Source: Patescibacteria group bacterium (lineage in GTDB: Bacteria; Patescibacteriota; Microgenomatia; UBA1400; MFAQ01). Taken from it: DNA of 64,000 nucleotides. The first letter of the stretch is position 1, and every line of letters starts with the position of its first letter. Both the position numbers and the translations under genes were made by a program. Positions 9,495 to 16,857 of this stretch are shown here, one piece after another. The notes under the pieces were generated by a model, which saw nothing but the letters and a program-made list of their open reading frames with translations, was not told where the DNA came from and did not search any database. The stretch covers positions 8,590 through 72,589 of the forward strand of contig CALRDV010000003.1 of assembly GCA_943355005.1 (NCBI GenBank), in the 5' to 3' direction.

Positions 9495-10420
9495 GTTGTA
9501 GAAGTTATTTTAGCCATCATTTGACTGGCGCGTATTTTTGAGGTGTGGTATGTATGATACCAGTTGAGTCCGACTTTCCTGATTTTATCTACGTATGCTT
9601 GATGGCTTAAGCAAAAATCTAGTTTTTCTTTCATTTCTTCGGTATTTTCAAATATAACTGCAGTTTTGCCATCGACAAAAGCATTTTCGATTTCTATTTC
9701 CGGCTTTTGGCTAAAAAGAAGAGTGCCGTGGGCAGGAACTTCGTAATAGCGTACCGTATCATTGCCACGACCCATTAGGTTCAAACCGATACTATTTGAT
9801 AAAAGCATTTGATGATAATCATCGTGATAGTAGTTAGGGAAAGAGTACCCATAGGAATCTCTACAGATTTCCAAATACGGTTCTCTAGAGGGGCTAGAAG
9901 TGCCCGCCCAGAAAAGATTATTTTTTCTAGTGATACTTGTATCGTAGGGCGTGTAATTTAAAGAGAATGAAAAACTGAGAGGAACAACTTTTTTATTTGC
10001 ATTCTTATCGGGAAAGAACTCTCTTTTAAAATATAGTTGGGGGTTGAAATCTTTGATTAGTTTATCGTTAATTTCAAATTCATCACCTTGGTCGATTAGG
10101 AAGGTGGGTATCACTTTAGCCTTAACTTTTAGTAGGTCAAAGAATTCATTATTGGGAAAGTCGGTTATGTATCGACAGCCAATCAAGATACTATCAAATT
10201 CATTTTTTCTTAACTTTTCAGTGGTTAGAGCATCTGTAGAGACTATTGGGTGATTAAAGAAACAAGGATACCAATGAAATCTTCTCTGTTTATCTCCATG
10301 GAGAACTGGTTTTTGGGGATATTCTATAACATTTTCCGAACCAAGATGCTGGACTAATCCGTCGTAGAGAGTGTCGAGTCCGTAATCTAAGAACGTCGGT
10401 GTAATAAATAAAACCCTCAT
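9491..10420 (-). CDS. Glycosyltransferase, CgeB/Glyco_trans_1_2-like
   Basis: DTVRYYEVPAHG, YFKRE; paralog of 1348..2307. Confidence 0.75.
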   Translation of the reverse strand: MRVLFITPTFLDYGLDTLYDGLVQHLGSENVIEYPQKPVLHGDKQRRFHWYPCFFNHPIVSTDALTTEKLRKNEFDSILIGCRYITDFPNNEFFDLLKVKAKVIPTFLIDQGDEFEINDKLIKDFNPQLYFKREFFPDKNANKKVVPLSFSFSLNYTPYDTSITRKNNLFWAGTSSPSREPYLEICRDSYGYSFPNYYHDDYHQMLLSNSIGLNLMGRGNDTVRYYEVPAHGTLLFSQKPEIEIENAFVDGKTAVIFENTEEMKEKLDFCLSHQAYVDKIRKVGLNWYHTYHTSKIRASQMMAKITSTT

Positions 10421-11028
10421 GGTTTTACATACATCCAGCTCGGATGTTTATCTTTGGCAATTACAAACCAAGGGTGAATTTGGTAAGAACTGCACCATCC
10501 GGTGACGGCGGGTACGACATGCATATAGCGACGTCGCCAATTGTAAGACCAGTCTTCGAAGTCATGTCCGTAGACTATGCCTCCCGGTCTAACTTTCTTT
10601 GACCAGTTAGAGATATCTTCGACCGTATGTTCGAAGTTGTGATTACCATCAATATAAACAAAGTCTAGACTATTGTCGGCAAATTGTTTGACCACTTCAT
10701 TACTCCAACCTTTAATCAAAGTACAGTCAAAATCTTTGGTACGCGACAAGGCCTCTTCATAGGCAGATTTGATGTCCTCGTTCGTGTAGTCCTTGTAGCC
10801 TGGATAGAGTTCCCAAAGATCAATACCGGAAAGTTTTAGTCCGGGAATACCTTTAAGTAAAGCTTCGGAGTAGGCTCCTCGATAGACTCCAATCTCTGCT
10901 CCGACTTTGAAACCAAGGTCTTTAAAAAGTTGGGGAATATCTGTTTCTCTACTAATCTGAAGCTTAAACGGAGATGGCTGACTAGAATCAATACCAAATT
11001 TTTCAACTAAATAGGCTAGGCTGTCCAT
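10417..11028 (-). CDS. Methyltransf_24-like class I SAM methyltransferase
   Basis: GAEIGVYRG, LDFVYIDGNH, KVRPGGIVYGHD. Confidence 0.85.
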   Translation of the reverse strand: MDSLAYLVEKFGIDSSQPSPFKLQISRETDIPQLFKDLGFKVGAEIGVYRGAYSEALLKGIPGLKLSGIDLWELYPGYKDYTNEDIKSAYEEALSRTKDFDCTLIKGWSNEVVKQFADNSLDFVYIDGNHNFEHTVEDISNWSKKVRPGGIVYGHDFEDWSYNWRRRYMHVVPAVTGWCSSYQIHPWFVIAKDKHPSWMYVKP

Positions 11029-11034
11029 TTTGGT

Positions 11035-12615
11035 TCAAGAATAAAGTTTGGTTATAAGGTCCTGAGCCATGCCCCAATAGGCCAGCATGCGACGAGGTAA
11101 AACATTTCTAAGAACGGTAGGGAATCGGCGGGCGCCATCTGTAGACTTGCAGTTGACGACCGGATTTTCGGAGGTCCAGGTGGTTTTATCTATGGAAGCG
11201 GACATAGTGAGAAGGATGGCTCCCGGTTCGTCTTTGTAGTTTTTGAGAACGGTTTTGATGGACTCAATCCAGTATTTTCGATTTGCCATTTGTGCACCAT
11301 CATAAGGAGCTTTTTGCCAGTATTTGCCACCAAGAGCCCAAACATTTGCATATTGGTAAAGATGATCGTCGGATGGTGGGGTAAAAGTAAAGTATTCCGG
11401 TGGATAAAGACAGTCGTCGTTAGCTATGACAGCGTAGGTAGTTTTGGATTCGGATAAACCTAGCAAGAGCATTTTTAAAGTTGTGGCAGGGCTTACAGGG
11501 GTCTTGGTATTTAGGGTAATGTTCTTGCCTAACTTTAAGGGTTTGACAGAAACAGAAACGAGTGGAAGATCTTTACTGTTTTCTTTTAAACTAGCAATGA
11601 TTTTTTTTTCAAAGTCAGGTTTTTCTGTATTGGAGGTGAGATAAATAACCGTAAGATCCTTATTTCTTTCTGGGGCTTTGAAGAGAGTGGCGGATTTAGT
11701 TGGTTGGTTGGATGTTTTGGGCATATCATTTATTGTATTACTAATTATAGTGGTCGTATTTTCGGGCCATAATCTTTTCTTCCAGTCGGAGGGCCAGCCG
11801 GGCATGAGAGGAAATTTTTCCACCAAGCTGATGAAAAAAACTTTATTCTCCACTAGCCACTTATTATATGAATAAGCATAGCTGCGACGGTTTTCATCCC
11901 TACTTAGATGATACATCCTTCCATAGACGGGTCCTTTGTGAAGATGAGCGTACCAGGTGTTTTTATTGGTGATTACTCGTCCACCGTGTTGCCAAGTAGT
12001 TAGAGAAATTTCTTCGGCTTCTTGGCCCCAACCGGTATAGCCTTCGACCTGCATAAAACCCATTTGTTGGAACCACTTCTTGGTCATAAACCAGCATGAA
12101 CCTTGAAACTGAATGGTGTTGTCTATTCGAACATTCCAATTTGAAAGTGTTCTTTCATCCCACTTGAAGCCGTGAATGGCATGGTCATTGGCTAGAGGAG
12201 GGAACATAATATATTCGTAATCGATGGGTGGGCGATTATCACTTTGGGGTTGAAGACTCCAATTTTCTGCATCTAGTCGATTTCGTCGGGGAATCTGTAC
12301 CCAGTTTGGTTGATGGTCTTTGGCCAGTTGAGTGTCGAAGCCTTTGGCCATCATACAGTGGGCGTCGAGTGACATGACGTATTCACCTTTAGCTTGAGAA
12401 ATAGCTAGATTGATACCATGACGTTTTTGAGAATAAGGCTGAGCAGGGAGATGGATATATCTAACTCTAGGGTCGGTAACAATTTCTTCCTTGGGTGGGT
12501 AATAACCGTCAACAATTGGAAGTATTTCGATATCACCCGTAGCTTTTTCGAGAACGTCCTGAATAGTTCTTTGAAGGAATCTTTCGGTCTTAGATGGAAT
12601 AACAACGGTAAGCAT
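11035..12615 (-). CDS. Two-domain glycosyltransferase (GT2 plus a domain like 8118/8808)
   Basis: LTVVIPS, YVMSLDAHC, FQGSCWFM; second domain DLTVIYLT...ANDDCLYP. Confidence 0.8.
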   Translation of the reverse strand: MLTVVIPSKTERFLQRTIQDVLEKATGDIEILPIVDGYYPPKEEIVTDPRVRYIHLPAQPYSQKRHGINLAISQAKGEYVMSLDAHCMMAKGFDTQLAKDHQPNWVQIPRRNRLDAENWSLQPQSDNRPPIDYEYIMFPPLANDHAIHGFKWDERTLSNWNVRIDNTIQFQGSCWFMTKKWFQQMGFMQVEGYTGWGQEAEEISLTTWQHGGRVITNKNTWYAHLHKGPVYGRMYHLSRDENRRSYAYSYNKWLVENKVFFISLVEKFPLMPGWPSDWKKRLWPENTTTIISNTINDMPKTSNQPTKSATLFKAPERNKDLTVIYLTSNTEKPDFEKKIIASLKENSKDLPLVSVSVKPLKLGKNITLNTKTPVSPATTLKMLLLGLSESKTTYAVIANDDCLYPPEYFTFTPPSDDHLYQYANVWALGGKYWQKAPYDGAQMANRKYWIESIKTVLKNYKDEPGAILLTMSASIDKTTWTSENPVVNCKSTDGARRFPTVLRNVLPRRMLAYWGMAQDLITKLYS

Positions 12616-12643
12616 TGCTCATATTTATACCACAAGTCTAATA

Positions 12644-13321
12644 TCAACTGAAGACGTGGTTGTAGTAGTCAAAGTGTAACTTATCCCGAACGTCCCAATT
12701 GGATTGATAATTGGAAGCGCCTTTGACGTAGCGGAAAGTGCCGGAGACGTTTTGCATGACGTACCAAGAACCATCTTTTTTGACAAAGCCATAGTAAGCG
12801 GGTGAATGTTCGTCGTCGATATCTGTAACGCTATAACCATCTGTGGGGTGCTCTTTGGAGGGGTCAATAATTTTACCTTCGGAGTCTTTGATACCAACAA
12901 CTTCAGTTACGCTATTGCCACCACCAAGGAAAGTATCCCTGGCCTTTTTGCTAAAGAGAGCCATGATAAGAAGAGAAATTCCGGTGGTACCAATGAGCTG
13001 CAAGAATAGTCTTTTGTTCTTATCGGCGACGTCCTTCGGGATATTTTGATCATCAGATTCAGTTACGGAGTTTGAAGCGGACACTGCTTCGTTTTTGGCT
13101 ATTACCGGTAAGGTGGGTAAGGAGCGTTTGGCAGGATTGGGATTGAGAAGGGCATTTTCAATGAGATATTCGAATAGTCTGGTACCAAAGTAAAAAACTA
13201 AGGGAAGATAAATGAAGCCGGCCAGAAGCTGATTGGTAGTTCTGGCGGTGAAAATACCAACAAGCATCAGGAAAAGACAAGCAAGGAAACTATAGATGAC
13301 CAGGGCTTTATCCGATTTCAT
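12644..13321 (-). CDS. Membrane protein with an internal Tat-like motif (KNKRLFL) and a small exported C-terminal domain
   Basis: Two N-terminal TM helices, polar loop, DKNKRLFLQLIG plus hydrophobic helix, aromatic-rich C-terminal domain. Confidence 0.7.
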   Translation of the reverse strand: MKSDKALVIYSFLACLFLMLVGIFTARTTNQLLAGFIYLPLVFYFGTRLFEYLIENALLNPNPAKRSLPTLPVIAKNEAVSASNSVTESDDQNIPKDVADKNKRLFLQLIGTTGISLLIMALFSKKARDTFLGGGNSVTEVVGIKDSEGKIIDPSKEHPTDGYSVTDIDDEHSPAYYGFVKKDGSWYVMQNVSGTFRYVKGASNYQSNWDVRDKLHFDYYNHVFS

Positions 13322-13701
13322 TTAAGATTTTGCATACTAATGCGGAAAAGTATTAAAGCGATGGCAAAACAAAGGAGGATCAGATTTAAGAGAAAAGTGG
13401 GGTCAGATTGATTTATAAAAGAGGAGAGAGAAAAGTTACCGAAATAGAGGTGTTTCTGGTGGTCCAGATTGAGCAGACTGTGGAAGATTTTTTTAAAATA
13501 TGAAAAGATTTTGAGGGCAAAATAGGTGGCAACCGGAAGAAAAAGGATAAGTATCACAAGGCTGCTGGGACTATTTAGATTTAAAAAGGCAGATGTAATC
13601 ATGAAAAAAGTTACAATACTTCCGTAAAGGAAAAGACCGCTGTCAATAATTTGCAGCTGAGATTTTCTCATGATTTTTTCATTTTTTGACAAAGCCACCA
13701 T
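13318..13701 (-). CDS. Small hypothetical membrane protein (about 3 TM)
   Basis: Hydrophobic segments; overlaps both neighbours in the operon. Confidence 0.65.
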   Translation of the reverse strand: MVALSKNEKIMRKSQLQIIDSGLFLYGSIVTFFMITSAFLNLNSPSSLVILILFLPVATYFALKIFSYFKKIFHSLLNLDHQKHLYFGNFSLSSFINQSDPTFLLNLILLCFAIALILFRISMQNLK

Positions 13702-14104
13702 ACTGATAAGAAATCAGAATTAGAATGGCAATCAAGATGACTCGCGCTAGCTGAGCAATAGCAGAAAAATTCTTAGTAAAGACGATGTCGGCGATGATGA
13801 TAATGAGGGAAAGGGTGATAAGGAATCTGGTAACTTTGGTAGCAAGGGTGGGGGAGGAAACCTCGATAATAGCTTCACCATCTTTGAGAATTGAAGTAGG
13901 TGTCTTTAAATTTTCATCCAGGACATCTTCAGAAATCTTGCTACCCAGAAAGTTTTCTAGGGCACTGGAGGTGATGATAAATGTGCCACGGATGTGACCT
14001 CTAGCGGCCTTGATACGACCTTCATTAAGGTATTTGTAAGTAGTGTTTGTAGACAGACCCAAGATCTTAGCAGCCTGCTTAACATTATAAATTTTGTTGG
14101 GCAT
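13679..14104 (-). CDS. HTH_17/excisionase-like DNA-binding protein with two C-terminal TM helices
   Basis: YNVKQAAKILGLSTNTTYKYLNEGRIKA followed by a hydrophobic C-terminus. Confidence 0.75.
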   Translation of the reverse strand: MPNKIYNVKQAAKILGLSTNTTYKYLNEGRIKAARGHIRGTFIITSSALENFLGSKISEDVLDENLKTPTSILKDGEAIIEVSSPTLATKVTRFLITLSLIIIIADIVFTKNFSAIAQLARVILIAILILISYQYGGFVKK

Positions 14105-14141
14105 GTGTGATTACTAATCTTACCAAAGTTTACAAGGGAAT

Positions 14142-14312
14142 TTATTTCTTTTTACTCTCGGTATCGGAGGCTCCGGCATTAAATTCATTTCGAAACTCCT
14201 TAATGGAGTTTATTAAGCCGCGCGTAATCTCCGGTAGTCTTTTGCCGCCAAAAAGAAGAAAGAGGACGAGTCCTACTAGTAGTATTTCAGACGATCCAAG
14301 ATTGCCAAACAT
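14142..14312 (-). CDS. tatA: TatA/E-family subunit (copy 4)
   Basis: Manual translation MFGNLGSSEILLVGLVLFLLFGGKRLPEITRGLINSIKEFR...; AGGAG RBS upstream; not in the ORF track. Confidence 0.85.
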   Translation of the reverse strand: MFGNLGSSEILLVGLVLFLLFGGKRLPEITRGLINSIKEFRNEFNAGASDTESKKK

Positions 14313-14379
14313 TTTTATTTAACTCCTTTCATATCTATAACATTACACTAAACCCCGCCAAAGCGGGGTATGCGTGCGA

Positions 14380-14544
14380 TTATTTCTCGGTGACGGCGTC
14401 TTTTAGGTCTTTGGTAGCGTCTTTTAGGTCTTTTCCGGACTCACCAAGATTTTTTCCGAGTTTGGGAAGAATCTTGCCTCCGAACAAAAGTACCAGGACG
14501 ACGACTATGACTAAAACTTCTGGCCATCCTATATTTTTGAACAT
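14380..14544 (-). CDS. tatA: TatA/E-family subunit (copy 3)
   Basis: Manual translation MFKNIGWPEVLVIVVVLVLLFGGKILPKLGKNLGESGKDLK...; not in the ORF track. Confidence 0.85.
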   Translation of the reverse strand: MFKNIGWPEVLVIVVVLVLLFGGKILPKLGKNLGESGKDLKDATKDLKDAVTEK

Positions 14545-14577
14545 ATTATTTACTTATAATAATTAATAACTATGATA

Positions 14578-14721
14578 TCACTTGTCTCCCTTGGACGCTT
14601 GGCGAAACTCTCTGATGGCTTTTGCGATTCCCTTGATAAAATTTGGGATAGCTTTGCTTCCAAAGAGGACCAGGATGACTATGGCGACGATTATTATTTC
14701 ATTTAATCCTATATTAGGCAT
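14578..14721 (-). CDS. tatA: TatA/E-family subunit (copy 2)
   Basis: Manual translation MPNIGLNEIIIVAIVILVLFGSKAIPNFIKGIAKAIREFR...; not in the ORF track. Confidence 0.85.
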   Translation of the reverse strand: MPNIGLNEIIIVAIVILVLFGSKAIPNFIKGIAKAIREFRQASKGDK

Positions 14722-14947
14722 TACCGGTTTCACCCCCCTTCGATTTTTCTTCGGCAGATTCTCCGCTTAAAGCGTTTTCTCCTTTTAAGTCTGAAAGTGT
14801 GCCTTCGACTTCCTTTTTTATTTTACGGATTTCCTTGCTGGACTCACCTAAGCCACGAGCTAGTTCCGGGAGCTTCTTGCCACCAAAAAGAAAGATGAGA
14901 ACGATGACTACTACGATTACTTCTCCGGAACCAATGTTACTAAACAT
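14714..14947 (-). CDS. tatA: TatA/TatB-family subunit (copy 1)
   Basis: MFSNIGSGE...LFGGKKLPELARGLG signature. Confidence 0.9.
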   Translation of the reverse strand: MFSNIGSGEVIVVVIVLIFLFGGKKLPELARGLGESSKEIRKIKKEVEGTLSDLKGENALSGESAEEKSKGGETGNA

Positions 14948-14954
14948 GGTTTGA

Positions 14955-15713
14955 TTATATAGATTTATTTAATAGAAGACCGATCTCAAATAAAAGTATT
15001 GGAACTGATGTAAGGATTGCGAGAGAAATTACATCACCCGGAGGTAGCAGGGCAGCTAGTACCACTAATATGGCGTAAATAATTCTTCGGTTGCTAGCAA
15101 TGGTTTGTTTTTTGACAATTCTTAGTTTAATGAGGACAGTAATAAATATCGGAATCTCAAATAAAATGCCCAAGCATACTCCCATAATTATGGTTTGGGA
15201 GAAAAACTTGCTTATATCCCAGATATTGGTAATGTTGAAGTCGATAGCTGTCTTGGAGTACAAATTTATGACAAATTGCATGACCCAACCACCGAAAATA
15301 AATCCAAGAATGAAGAGAATGGTTGTAAAGGGGATAAGGCGAGATAATAGGGTGAATTCGTTACGCGCAAGGGCTGGTTTTAAAAAACCCATGACATAGT
15401 AAATAAATAGGGGAAAAGCAATAATAACTCCTGTAGCGATACCGGTATTGATGGCCAGGTCGATAAATTGATAGGGAGAAGAAAGAACAATAGTGATACC
15501 TTTAAGATTAAAAATGTTCATGGCGATCATGAGAATCTTCTGGTAGTAGAAGAAGCCAAAAATACCAGAAATAAGAACTACAGATAAAAGAATGAGAAGT
15601 TTTTTTTGAATTTCTTTAAGATAGGGGAGGTACTTAGATACAGTATCGTCAATTATCGAGCTTCCCGATGCAACAGGAGATATGGTAGCTGATTGATTGT
15701 TTTCTAAGGCCAC
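14955..15713 (-). CDS. tatC: Twin-arginine translocase subunit TatC (divergent)
   Basis: About 6 TM; YL.E...(SP), F.KPAL..NE, GILFEIP, RR, PPGD...PILLFEI; adjacent to tatA genes. Confidence 0.88.
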   Translation of the reverse strand: MALENNQSATISPVASGSSIIDDTVSKYLPYLKEIQKKLLILLSVVLISGIFGFFYYQKILMIAMNIFNLKGITIVLSSPYQFIDLAINTGIATGVIIAFPLFIYYVMGFLKPALARNEFTLLSRLIPFTTILFILGFIFGGWVMQFVINLYSKTAIDFNITNIWDISKFFSQTIIMGVCLGILFEIPIFITVLIKLRIVKKQTIASNRRIIYAILVVLAALLPPGDVISLAILTSVPILLFEIGLLLNKSI

Positions 15714-15813
15714 AACTCAATATATCATGTTTGAAAAACTCAAACTTAAATACTCAAAATTGAATATATATTTTGTGGCAGGTTATTCCAAATAATGGAT
15801 TTTAAGCAGGACT

Positions 15814-16434
15814 TTATTTGGTGGTGCCGATGATGAGGCGAGCTTGGCTCGAGGACCCGGTAAGGACTCCGGCGTACGTGGCTTCGGGGAATGATTTAAT
15901 CAAGTCGGACATGACGATCTCTTTCTTGGATTCGATCTCTTTGGAAAGATAAACAGGTATTCCTTTGACTGTATCAGGGGAGTTTCCAAGTTTGTTTACT
16001 GTGTAGCCCATGGATTCCAGGGTTTTGCCGTATTTGGCTGCTAATCCTTTGGTGTCGGTAGAATTCAAAACATCAAAAGTGATTTCTGATTTTCTGAGAG
16101 GGACTGGTGTGGGGGTGTTTGAGACGGTTGGAGTGGCTGTCGGGGTAGGAGTGACTGCCATTTGTTGCTCGGCCGGCCGGCGGAAAAATATTACTCCTAG
16201 AACAATGGTGGAAATTATTACTAATACTCCTACTATTGAACCGAGGATGAAAAGAAACTTGTCTTTCTTTTCGGATGGTGGAATTTCCGGGACTATGGGA
16301 ACTACAGAATCTATTTTTAGTTCGGCATCTTTTTCGATGGAGGGGACAGTTGTCTCACTAGCGACTGCTACGGGGGTAACTTTCTCGGGTTCGGAAGAAA
16401 AACCTTCCGGTAGAGAGGAGTCTTTTTTCTTCAT
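15814..16434 (-). CDS. Single-TM protein with a LytR C-terminal-like domain
   Basis: TM helix, PT linker, VLNST..KGLA......L...GY.V..LGN...IIG. Confidence 0.75.
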   Translation of the reverse strand: MKKKDSSLPEGFSSEPEKVTPVAVASETTVPSIEKDAELKIDSVVPIVPEIPPSEKKDKFLFILGSIVGVLVIISTIVLGVIFFRRPAEQQMAVTPTPTATPTVSNTPTPVPLRKSEITFDVLNSTDTKGLAAKYGKTLESMGYTVNKLGNSPDTVKGIPVYLSKEIESKKEIVMSDLIKSFPEATYAGVLTGSSSQARLIIGTTK

Positions 16435-16441
16435 CTTTTAA

Positions 16442-16840
16442 TTAAACTGCGGACGGAACATCGTTCCTGGTATAGCCCGCTAATATTTCTTTGACCATGT
16501 TTACAATTTGCTTTGGCTCAAACTCAGACTTTATGATGTACTTTACGGCGCCCTTGGTGAGGGCTGCTTCGGCATCCTGGGAGCCAGCTAGATTGGTTAG
16601 CATGATAACAGGTATGGCTTTGGTTTCCGGATCTTGTTTGACCTTTTCCAATACTTGTAAACCGTTCATCTTTGGCATCATAATATCCAAAAGTACGAGA
16701 GTTGGTTTGATGCTTCGAATTTTGTCCAAACCTTCTTCTCCATCAGCGGCGAGCTCGACATCGAATCCTTCAAATTTGAAGATTTTTTCGTACATCCTAC
16801 TCATTAGGGGATCGTCCTCGACTATTAAGATTTTCGTCAT
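16442..16840 (-). CDS. Single-domain response regulator (REC)
   Basis: ILIVEDD, LLDIMMPKMNG, MLTN, YIIK. Confidence 0.92.
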   Translation of the reverse strand: MTKILIVEDDPLMSRMYEKIFKFEGFDVELAADGEEGLDKIRSIKPTLVLLDIMMPKMNGLQVLEKVKQDPETKAIPVIMLTNLAGSQDAEAALTKGAVKYIIKSEFEPKQIVNMVKEILAGYTRNDVPSAV

Positions 16841-16857
16841 ATATTAGCAGTTTACAG

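Noticed and set aside
14396-14433. Short direct repeat (AAAGACCTAAAAGACGC twice, 21-bp period) in tatA copy 3
   Set aside because: Simple in-frame heptad duplication in an amphipathic helix; not a CRISPR or mobile repeat
14107-14770. Plus-strand ORFs 14107..14322 and 14582..14770
   Set aside because: Antisense to the tatA-like genes, which have clear family motifs
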